Shown: positions 1 through 11,493 of the stretch, one piece after another
Numbering within the stretch: position 1 is the stretch's first letter
Layout: each line of letters opens with the position of its first letter
The notes under the pieces: model-generated
The model's database searches: none
Seen by the model: only the letters and a program-made list of their open reading frames with translations
What the model was told of the DNA's origin: nothing
Assembly: GCA_964247055.1 (NCBI GenBank)
Contig: OZ176050.1
Span: 2,108,001 to 2,172,000 of the forward strand
Direction: 5' to 3'
Source of the DNA: Paragordius varius
Lineage: Eukaryota > Animalia > Nematomorpha
Length of the DNA: 64,000 nt
Translations under genes and position numbers: made by a program

Positions 1-479
1 GAAAAGAGTAAAGTTGCAATTGAAAAATGATAAGGGACGGGCATAATGTATGTAGGTAGATAGAATATCATGCCTTCAATAGGCAAAGAAAAAAAAATAT
101 TCTGTAATTTTCTTTTTCTTAAAATATTAATATAATGTTAACATAATGGGTGACATTGAGCAAACAATAAGTATAATATTGAAATAAATTAACATAAAAT
201 CCTTATATCTGACACTTTGATGATTTAAAGCAAATTATTTATACGTCACATGATTAATATGAACATGCTGAGGTTGAAGGTAGCTTGAAGATAAAGTGGA
301 GAGATATGATAAATATGGATATAAACAGTTGATTAGATTTAAATAAAAGGAGAATTTTGGTCAAGATAAAAGGTCATGACCACTCATAAATGGGTAATTT
401 TTTCAATTACTAATAATAACTTTTACATACCTATTTTTTAAAATAATATTAAAAATCCGGCGCCCCTTCGACTATGGAA

Positions 480-530
480 CTTGATGCATCAGCCTCCATT
501 GCCCCTCTCCCCCCGTAGCTACGCCATCGT
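480..530. repeat. GC-rich patch resembling a MITE/DNA-transposon terminus (...ccccgtagctacgcc)
   Basis: Short GC-rich island in AT-rich DNA; no partner end found in the window. Confidence 0.25.
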
Positions 531-1454
531 AATCCTTGGTAAACTAATGTATATAATTTAATATCAAAACAACTTAATCAGGTTCTTAAGCAGTTTAATT
601 TTAAATCGGTGGTTTTTCTCATGTATAAAAAGTCTCAAAACCGGAATTTATATTTTTTGGATGCCAAACGCAAATATAACAAATAAACATAATCGCAATT
701 CCGTATTTTTACATAAAATGTTGAATATCAAGAACTTGTTTACCAAAAATTTATATTAAATATGAATTTGATCTGGCACACGCATATCTCTTTAGTACTG
801 ATTTTGAAAACGACTCAAATTTAGAAGCAATCAGACCATCGCAAAGAAGTATATGGAGTTTTGGCAAAATGTGCCAAAAAAAATTGAAAATATAAAAAAA
901 TGTGCCCAGGTTATCTTGCCGCGTTCAACTTACATGCGAGGCGGCATATTCAAAAATAAAATGTGTCAAAATCTTATAAAACCCGCCTCCCAGAGGTCCA
1001 TACAGAACAAGTATTAGAATTGGCCTATATATTTTCGTTGTTTAATATTTAAATTTATTTTATTATCAAAAAAATTTTTGGCAGTAATTGCGACCCGCAA
1101 AAAATCTCGGTATACATATTTGTAGAGATTATATGGTACACGGCCCTTAAGACAGAAAGATATTTTATTGACCCAAATCTTTTTGGTGAGATTCACTGTT
1201 GTAAAACTAATCACAATAGGGAAATTGATTTAACTTTTGTGGATCTTTACGCGTCACTCTGATTAGTGTCCAATGTTACGTAATGTGCGGCCCGACAATT
1301 TACCAAATATAACCTGAATTCCATCGTTTGTAAAACTTTTCAACAAATTATTATATAATTATCCAATTTTGACAAGGAATTAGCGAAAATGGTAGAAATT
1401 AATAGATATTGCCTTTGTAGATACTCAATCGAAATCAAATAATAAATTTATCGA

Positions 1455-1492
1455 ATATGGGCCGCGAAGTCATTTATGTTAGATACCCTTCC
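1455..1492. repeat. hAT-like terminal motif copy
   Basis: gggccgcgaagtcatttatgttagataccctt resembles copies at about 34681-34716 and 35401-35434 (ggc(c)cg(c/t)gaag(t/c)catttgtgttggac(a/g)ccc). Confidence 0.4.
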
Positions 1493-1574
1493 AAACAAGT
1501 ATTACCAATTGGTGTGCCATTGATTTGTAAAATTAACGGAGGCAAAAATGCAAATTAAATTTTATAATTTAATC

Positions 1575-2662
1575 AACATTTTGATTCAAATTGGGAAATC
1601 TAGTGACCCCAGTCTAATTTATGTTAAACTGAAAAAAACGGTGCCTATTAATAAAAATTATATAAATAAGGTAAAATATCTACAAAAATATTGAAAATAC
1701 TCCATATAAAACTTCGATGGCATTCTTATTTTACAACGCCTAAAAACATAGTTTATTATTATTTCGAAATAAGGAGATCGAATAATATATAAAAATGGAA
1801 AATGCATCTTCCAATCTTTATTTGTGTATGTATAATAAGTTTACGAGATTTACTAGCTTCTGAAAAGCTTTACCTTTATTAACACATGGATACAACACAT
1901 TCAATTTAGTCCTTCGATTCAAATTGAGGTACTTAAATACCCCAGGCCTGTTTAAAATTAAATTTTTTAAAAAATATGGATCGACATGGCAAAGTTTTCC
2001 ACTTATAAAACATTATTAAACCGAAATATATAAAAAAAATATTTAAAAATACTTGATATTACTTATTTTAAGTTAAAATCGAAAGGTAAAAATTTAGTCA
2101 ACGTGGCATGTGTGCAATAATAAAATTAAAAAATTATACAAAATAAACCGCTTTTTTTATTTCTATCTATGTTAGATGTAATTTAAATAAAAAATACCTT
2201 TAATTTTACCCTTAAAATTAAATGAACACATTTTGCAAATATTTTGTAAAATAAAAATGGCGTCGAAGTAATTTGACATGGAACTTTTTTTTCAAAACAA
2301 AATTTTATTTAGATATTTTGGCATATTTAGATAATTTTTATTAGGATAGAACCATAAATTTAAATTAGGACCATTTCATTCAGTAGTTTTTTAAAAATCC
2401 TAACTCAAATTTAGTCTGGGGTATTTATATACCCCAATTTAAATCGAAGTGTTAAGTGGATTGAAAAACATGATTTTTTGTAAAAACATGGGGTCGTAGT
2501 TCAGTATGCAATACCTTTTATTAAAAACTAAAATTTATGAAGATATTTTGGCTTATTTATATAATTTTATTAGAATAAGCATAATATTTAACGTAGTTTT
2601 CTGAAAATATCTATTTAAATATGGATGGGGTCACTAGTTATTCTTAATTTATATCAAAGTGT
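1575..2662. mobile_element. Older MITE (family A-related) interrupted by a nested MITE
   Basis: Imperfect inverted termini at about 1575-1615 (...ctagtgaccccagtc) and 2622-2662 (gatggggtcactag...). Its 2500-2620 segment resembles the internal right part of MITE-A. Confidence 0.6.
1882..2452 (+). mobile_element. MITE family A, TA-flanked (Tc1/mariner-type non-autonomous element)
   Basis: ACAC...GTGT ends flanked by TA; subterminal inverted repeats ttcgattcaaattgaggtacttaaataccccag / ctggggtatttatataccccaatttaaatcgaa; close copies at 3120-3680 and 43825-44369. Confidence 0.8.
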
Positions 2663-3119
2663 TGAATTATTCTTTAGGGTCAAAAAAGCACCATGAAAAT
2701 CCTTACATCCTATAAGAATATATACATTTTAACCAGGATTTATATTTTGGATAGCGTGTGATTGCGCAAAGGTATCAAATACATATTTTAATTTGATCCA
2801 ATAGGATGTAAAAAAATTTGCAATGAGTAAGTTCCCCAAAAAGGTAGTAAAATATTTCCCAGAACAATTTTATAAATATCTAATAATTTAGATGGTATCA
2901 GGCCAAGAGAATATATATGGCCTAGGCCGATTACAAACATTCCTTGGTAACCTTTGTCCATTATGTTAAAATAGCGAGATCTACCTAGAAATCAACAAAT
3001 AATAATATAAATGATTCAATTATCTTAAATAGACTATATATGATATGCGTCTAAACTAATGCCACTTATTCACAAATCCACATTATTTATAATTGAATGA
3101 CTACTTTCTGAAGGAATTA

Positions 3120-3680
3120 ACACTTGGATACAACACACTCATTTTAGTCCTTCGATTCAAATTGGGTTAGTTAAATACCCCAGGCCTGTGTGAAATCAAA
3201 TACTTTAAAAAATATGGAAGGAATCGAAACCACGGCAAAATTTTGCACTTATATAACATTAATAAACCTAAATATATAAAAAACTTAAAATTTATTTTAC
3301 ATATTTTAAGCTACCGAAAGGCAAAAATTTCGTCAACGTGACATGTGTCAAAAGGTAAAATGAAAAAATAGCACAAAATAAACCGCTTTTTCCATTTCTA
3401 TCAATGTTAGATATAATTCATATTAAAAATAAGCTTTAGTTTTACCCTTAAAATTAAATGAAGACGATATTTTGCAATAATTCTGTAAAATAAAAATGGC
3501 GTCGAAGTAGTTTGAGATGGAACTTTTTTTTCAAATCAAAATTTTATCAAGATATTTTGGCATATTTATATAATTTTTATCAGGATAGAAGCATAAATTT
3601 AAATTGGGAACGTTTCATTCAGTAGTTTTTTAAAAATCCTAACTTAAAATTATTCTGGGGTATTTAGATACCCCAATTGA
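3120..3680 (+). mobile_element. MITE family A, second copy (right end clipped)
   Basis: Colinear with 1882-2452 over about 560 bp. Confidence 0.8.
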
Positions 3681-3836
3681 AAATATATATTTGTATCAGA
3701 CTGGTTTATGTAGGAGGCCAAGTCATCTGTCTTTTTTACTAAAGATAACCAATCAAATATTTACACAGATTTTACCTGGATTATGATGTCATAATAATAC
3801 AGTTTTTTTTCCAAATTTTACGCAAATATTTACGAA

Positions 3837-4468
3837 ATGGGTGATATGGATCCATGTGAGTGCTTTTCGCATATCTCCGCTATGCAAAGGCTTATAAATA
3901 TGGTACAATTAACTTTCCTATATCTATAGCTTAGAGATTCTCAAAACTACTGTACTGATCTAGAATGTCCAACCGAATGTAAATTTTTTAGAATATATTT
4001 TTAAATGAATATTAATATTAAAAATATTTATATTTATTATTTAGTACCTGGCTCAAATATAAATGGATCGGGGAATTTAAACCCTATAGACCAATTTATG
4101 CCTTTCTTAACAATGTTGTTGGGATTATTTGTTATGGCAGCTCTTATGTATAGATATAGACCAGCTTCATTGCGCGACTCTAAACCATCTAGAAATGATG
4201 ATAACTACGTAATACTGGTTATTTGAAAAATAATATTTTCTTAAATATTGATATCTTTAAAATTTTATTGTTGATAATGAAATAATAAAAATTTTAACGT
4301 AAAATTGAATAATATTATTACTCAAGCCTGAAATTAATCAAATTATTTATGAATTTATATATTTTTAAATATGCGTATTTGGCTCTTTTTTTCTCTCATT
4401 TTATTGGTCATTAAAATAAAGTTTTTTATTTTTTTTATTTTATTCGCACAGTTTCGTTGTAACATCAG

Positions 4469-4502
<34 letters not shown>

Positions 4503-4871
4503 AAATTTAATATTTCAGCTCTCCACAATAAAACTGTAAAACTCTTATTATAACCATTTATAAATTTCCAGAAAAGTAATATTTGTTTTATTGACTTACT
4601 GTATATATATTGTCATTTCATTATTTTGATAATTAAACTCTAATATTCATTGATTCTAAACATAAATAACGTCAAAAAAGATTTCAGTATAGTGAAAAAA
4701 TGAATTACTATTTCCAATAATACTTTCATAGAGAACTATTGAAATTTTACTATTTTGGTTTTTTTTCACTGGTCAGTATAAATTGATGAAATTTAAAATA
4801 TTATAGTAATATGCTCATAATTCTTTAAATTTAATTTTATGTAGGAACCCCCTGCTCCACCAATTCAATAA
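3837..4871 (+). CDS. SMIM14: Small integral membrane protein 14, 101 aa. Exons 3837-3902, 3930-3978, 4045-4208, 4845-4871
   Basis: Spliced product MGDMDPCECFSHISAMQRLINM|LRDSQNYCTDLEC...TM helix...YRYRPASLR...EPPAPPIQ* matches the SMIM14 family pattern (DPCEC..H..AM.RLIN.LR.SQ.YCTD.EC; C-terminal PPAPP). All junctions are GT-AG and in phase. Confidence 0.93.
4470..4498. repeat. (AT)n microsatellite
   Basis: Direct reading; similar tracts at about 9508-9529, 11454-11490 and 24679-24697. Confidence 0.9.
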
Positions 4872-5803
4872 CATTTCATCTGAAATGAACGGCTCATCAG
4901 CATTTTAAATCGCAGTCCATATTATATACACCACCATATATTTATATTTTTATGATTCTTAATAATTATATATTATAATGGGTCATTTTTTGAATGCATA
5001 TATATATGTATATTTAATTAATCATAAACATATATCTAATCACCAACCTTCACATTATTTTGGAAGGGTATGATTATATTATAAAGTAATAGCTAATATT
5101 TTATCTCCAAATTACTATTATTTATGCAATAAATATATTATTTAGCATCCAAACATATATTTTAATTTGTTTAAGTATAAAAATTGTGTGCATCAATTTT
5201 TAAATAAGGTTCTGATATTTTTATATAAAGAAGTACGGATTTTAAGTTGACGGCTTACGTAAAAAATCTTTGACTTTAATTCAAATAGGATATTTTATTG
5301 GCCCTAATGCTTTTCTGCGTATTGTATAAACCGTAAAATTTAGTTAATTTAAATTAAAATGTTTTGTTATATTAACAAATAAATATTAAAAAATCTCGTA
5401 AATTGTAATTATTTTAGACGATGCGTTTCCCCAATAACTCTAGTCGTTTATTTGTGTTAAATGGTTAATTCAACATCATTTTAACCTGTTGTGTCTGGCT
5501 ATTTGATTACCAAATAAATGATTTGTTTTTAAGTTGTGCTAGCAATAAGTATCATAACAATATTGAAAAACAAAGCAAAACATTATTGATAACATCCATT
5601 AGTAATAAAAACAGACAAAAAATCTAAAAAATAAATTATTATTTTTGTCTTTCCTGTTGTAGTTATTTCAAATACCAATACCAAACAAATAATAAAAATT
5701 TATTTATCAATTTTTACATAATTTGCTAAATAAATATAGTAAAAAACCCGATTTTTACAAAAAAAATTATTAAAAAATATTGCCCCATAACAAAATTAAA
5801 ATA

Positions 5804-8800
5804 TTAAATTTTTGTGCGGTGAGATGCCAAAGGATTCGTCTCGTGTTGTGATAACATATACGATTTTTGTAGAGCGTGTGGATATTTTGCATAAGCTTTT
5901 TGATCAGAATCCTCAATTTTACCTGATAATATAATATTATTTATAAAACCTATATTTTTATATACTGAACACTGATTAATGCCAGTAATAGGTTAAAGTA
6001 AAATTTTCCCAATATTTGTTTCTCTTTGCTGCGAAAAACCGTTTAAAAAAGATATTTATATATTTAACTTACCAAATATTCAACATAATAAGTATATTGA
6101 ACAAGAAAGTTATTTAACTCAATATGAATGTGGATAAACGCATTCTTTGAAATGTGTACCGTCTTCAAAAAAGACCAATAAGTGTTAGTTTAATGGATGT
6201 GTCCCTAAATGCCTTTACAAAAAAAGCTTAAGAAAGGTGTATTTATTTTTTGGTGTATAAATATTGAAATGAACCATAAAACTATATAATAATAGCAATT
6301 TTAATGTAATAACAAATCACAAAACAACAAAAAACATGATTGTCATTAAGCAAATAAACTTTAATAAAATATAAAAACAATAGACTAAACCAACCTATTT
6401 TATGGCATAAAATCAATATAATATATATGCGTTTCAACATGAAAGATAATAAAATCCAATTATATATTTTATACCAGAATTAAAGTCAAACGATTTTCCC
6501 TTGATAGCATTTGCAGGTAAGGGACTCCACCAATTAATCAAGGAACTCAAAACTGGAACATGCCGCAAAACACCCTAAAACAAGTTGGTTAAATTCTTTT
6601 GTATATAAAGAAAACAGCATAAGCAATAAATAATTGCAATGTATAACCTTTTTGGCTATATATGGTACATAAAATTATGGACCTAAATATATATTTCTTA
6701 TTTCATAGCCAAAAAAAACAAATCATCTTTAATCGTATTCTTTCCTCCCAAAGAAGGTAAGCGTATTAAAATTATCCATTTCTTTCTGTTTGCGGCTTGT
6801 TTAATTGTATTTCTGGAATAGATTGCCAAGTTTTATGAGGTCGGTGTTTTTTATTTTTATGTTAGGTTATGATTTTTTAGCTTATTCCAGTTTGAGTCTT
6901 GGATTTTGTAGTTGTGACCAGCCCAACGTAAACAATACTCTAGCGGCATTAAGTGGTTTAGGCAAACAAATTTGGATTGTGGATGTTTGGTTTATGTGCA
7001 AAACAATGGCATTCAGAATTTTCTATTTACCCCTTTAGAGTGGTTGATAAGATTTTCGATTGACTGGGAATATCTAAAGTTTTTGTTATCTTAAGGAGGG
7101 ACATTTTTTATGCTCCTGTTTTAAATATTTCACAGTTTATTGAATTGGATGTTGCATTTAATGAGAAAACAGAACAAGGCCCCTATGTTCTGTACTTGTT
7201 TCCATTGCACATAAGCTTGTTTTTCAATGTATTAACTTTTAGAGCGAATTTACTCAAGGTTGATTCATTTTTTGTATCGCCAACACTTGCAAAAATTACG
7301 ATTGAGTTGTGCTTATACAGTGCGTCTATTGTTTGAACTAATATGCCTCTAGTCTCCACCTTGCCTTTTGAGTGACCAAAATATCAGGTGTTGCGGAGAT
7401 GAGACATATCCTGTTCTATAAGCATAATGGGTAGGTAGATTTGACAGAGCATATCGCGATTGGGGATTATAAATATTGCATCTAAAGTTAGCTTGTTTTT
7501 TATAATCGTGCCACATTTGTAAAATAACAACAAATAAATTATGATCCAAGGCCTTTAAAATAGTTCATTGGTAGTTCTACCCGGGCATTTATTATTTTTC
7601 AATTTTTTTAACAAAATTTCGTTTCATCCTTTGTAAAGGATTAAATTAGTATACTGAGTGGGGACTGATTCCATGGAGAATTTTGATTTGTTAAAAATAT
7701 TGAAGAAGTCTATACCGCATGTGGTTTTGATAATCTCAGCATCATGGGTTATTCTTTTATCGGCTAACCGTATTATTGTTTCGATTTTAATATTATTATA
7801 ATTATTAAGTTTTACCCATTTATATGCAATGGCTTTTTTTAAATTATTTGCCCTTTTATTAACCCATCATTGATTCTCTGATGGCTTTGGCATTTCTTAA
7901 TTTAATTATAATTTATTTTTGTCATTTTCTCTTTTTCCCATTTTTGGAAGGTCAGTTTTTTATTTTAATTATATCTAAAGGTGATATTTGCCACCACCCT
8001 TTAAACTCTTTTTTATTATTAAACCTCATTATGCCAACATTATTCTCTAATGATTTAAAATTTGAATGAAATCCAACGCGTTTAGGAGAAGCTGATTATA
8101 ATTTAAGGAAAGTTTCAGCTTCTAATTTCGCTATTGATTTCTAATTTTTGATACGTAAGTTTAGGCTTATTTTCGCCATGGTTGATTGCATTGATGTTGT
8201 GTAGTTATATTATTCTGCGATGACGGGAACAACAAAATAATCTATTACATTCTCTCAGTCTACGCCCCGCAATCGGCTATGACTCATATTGTAGAGATTT
8301 ATTCTGGTCAGCTTTATACGAAAAAATTACTGCTATTCAAAGAATGATTTATTTAACGACAGTGACCTATATTAGCATTTCGGTATAGAAATAATGAAAA
8401 GGGTAAAGTAATGTTAAACTTCGCAAGTAATAATAAAGTATTCATCGAATGCCTTTTTTAAAAAGAATGAAAATAACTTGCTAACCTATATATCCTGCAT
8501 AAATCATTCAATGATCGATATAATACTATCCAGGTGGCAGAAAACCAATTTTACGAATATTAGATCTATTCCCGCTTTATAACTACAATACAAGCTCAGC
8601 ATAGCAGAACCATATACTGTACAACATCAATGCAATCCACCATGTCAAAAAATAAGCCTAGACTTAGTTATAAAAAATTAGCCAATATTATACCAAATTA
8701 AATTCAAATCGGACTCTAAAAATGTCCAAAACCATTTATAATTATAAAATCATGTCTTTTCTTACAAAAAACATATTGTTAAATATGTTATATGTCCTCT

Positions 8801-11448
8801 AAGTTTTAATTTTTATTGTATACCTCTGAAGCCAATTTGTCACCATTTTCCTTTTCCAAATTAAGTTGGACAGTTTTAATTGTTCCCGATATGATATCCG
8901 ATATTTTGGCATTTATCTAACAAAATAATAGATTTATATAAGAGATATCTGTTAAAATTAGTTTTTGAATATAGTATTAAATACATTTAATTGAGTCTCA
9001 ACATATTTCCCCACATTAAATACCAATTTGGTTAAATCTTCAATGTTAGAATCGGTGGTAACCATACCAAATCCAATACAAGATAAACCATTATCAGTTT
9101 TTCCTATTTTACATATCAAATATTTCAACGTAAGTCAAAATATAAAAAAAATTATATAACTTTCATTACCGATGGCAAAAGCAGAATCCTTTTCATTCAG
9201 CTTGTGGACAATGGATTGATTCAATTCATTGAGAATATTTGTCATTAATTTGGGCAACTGATTACTTTTACCCAACCAAATGTCTGGGACATACCTTTAA
9301 AATATCAAAATTTTTCACTAAGAAAACTAGTTTAACGTTCAATTACGTTTTATGCGTAAAATTCCCTCCATATGTAGCCATATTAACATTTAAATGGTGA
9401 AAGATTTTTAACAAAGTTTTAATTAATTAAAAATAAGGGTTGAGCTTGAATAAAAAAAGATTTATTTGAATAAAAAGTCTTTATTTGATTAAAAAAATGT
9501 ATAATATAGATATATATATATATATATATCAATTTTTATACTGTACGGCTCCTAATCCAGCCCAATGGCCTAAATCAACTATTAGAAGATTTGGATAATC
9601 TGATATGGATCGTGGCAATTCCACCATTCTTTTTTCATGCGTCGCATTAATGATTTCAATTTTTTCTCTAATCTTAAGGACAAATTCATCCAATATATTC
9701 TTTGATGCTGGTTCTAGAGATTAATAAAACTTTAAAATTATAAAAACAAAAAAGTAAAAAATAACTGTTTTTAATTAATCCTATATAGTAGATTAAAAAT
9801 TTGAGTGTGTTGGGATTCAATTCCTCGTTTCGCATCGTTTTCACAAAACAATAGATATATTTAAAAAAGATAAATAATATGGGGTTTCCACATATATTAA
9901 CCGAAAGTCCTACTTTTTTCGTCTTTAAATATTAATTTTTATTGTAAAATGCGAAAATATGGTTCAAAACTATATGTTTGCGATTACCGTTTCTAAATGC
10001 GGACATAAAATCCAATTGAATGTAGATATCAGGTGTATTGTCTTTTTTAACGAGCGTCAAATTGTAGTTCGGAAAGTCACGGTTTAACATCTGACAAAAC
10101 TGTAAAATATGGAATTAAATAGTCATAAACCAAACTTTAAAAAACCTTAAGTTTAAATATTTAAAAGAATAAAAAAATTAACCCATGTATTTAGGGCGTT
10201 TAAATATTCTCCGTTAATTTTCTCATATTTGACAGGATTGGGTGATGGAGAACTCTCCTTTAAATAATGAATTCGTAAATGATTGTCGGTGAATTGATAT
10301 CGAAACACAATGTTGAGCCTTTTTCGCTGAATATAATCCTAAATATCGGATAAATACTTGTAACTAAGATTGTTTATACACTAAATATCATTGTAAGAAT
10401 TTGAATAAAATGGGCTAAATATCGTCCCCTCTTAAAAAGCGCTTTATAAATAAAATTTCCATTTGTTTGATTTAATACTTGATTCAAATATAAATAATAA
10501 TCGAGAAATAATTAACCATAAATTTAGTTGATTCGCTTTCAGTAGACATAGGTTTTTCTTGAGAGCTAGGTAAGTTTTCTAAGACTGGCACAGTGTGAAT
10601 GGATGCATTCAATGATACATTATCTTTGAAAGACTAAAAATATTGTTTAAGAAAATTAATTAACTCAGAAGCATGGTCACCAAAAGTTTTGATATTAAAT
10701 TTTGACAAAAAAATGCCAAAATTACCGACCTTAATAAAAGGTTTGGGTAAAAGATATCCATATGTTTTTTATAAAATTTTAGTTTATAAATTTAAGTACG
10801 TAATTATGAATAAAATATTAATAATGAATTTATTTCACCCGCTCAATTTGTAAGTAATAACTTGAATAATTGCATTAACAAGTAAGGGATATCTTTTAAA
10901 TAAAAAAATTTTTTTACTAAAGGTTAAGGTCTTAAATTGTATCCGGACTTGTGAAGGCTTTTAACACTCGCCTGCCCAGGGCTGACAATGATGATGAAAA
11001 AATTGCGCAGTTTCGGGCTTCGACCTCTGGCACGCAGGGTAAAAGTCCGGCATAGCTCCTTTGAATTAATAAAACCAAATTTAATATATTAAAAAAACTA
11101 CTTTAGTTTGATAATTGCTATATATCCCGACGATGACGATTTAAATTTTCAAACAATTTATTTTTGTCCGTATTTTTGTGATTTAACAGCTTTAACAGCA
11201 ACACTCCAATAACTTTTAGAGTGGTCTTATATTCCAGAGCAAGGTATTAGGCCGAATTTAATACTTTAGCCTTTTAGGCGTATTATACAAAAAATTTGTT
11301 AAAAAAAGTAAAATTGTAAAAAATCCTCATCTCAAACTCATTTTTTTTCTATAATTTTTTAAATCGCAAATGCAAGCATAAATGTATATTATGGTTAAAA
11401 ATTTAAATAATCATCTTTAAAAAGCTTTCACGCTACATACCGGCAAAA

Positions 11449-11493
<45 letters not shown>

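Noticed and set aside
6700-7000. Long frame with several in-frame TAA codons suggesting an alternative genetic code
   Set aside because: The peptides are remnants of a decayed RTE element. All six genes use standard stops and need no recoding.
10634-10730. Apparent in-frame TAG readthrough just upstream of a PDXDC1 exon
   Set aside because: The TAG is the splice acceptor; exon 11975-11789 supplies the homologous sequence in the correct phase.
10943-11050. Assignment of the GC-rich hairpin as hammerhead or HDV ribozyme, U3, RNase MRP or SECIS
   Set aside because: The required core motifs are incomplete or absent on both strands; kept only as an unclassified candidate.
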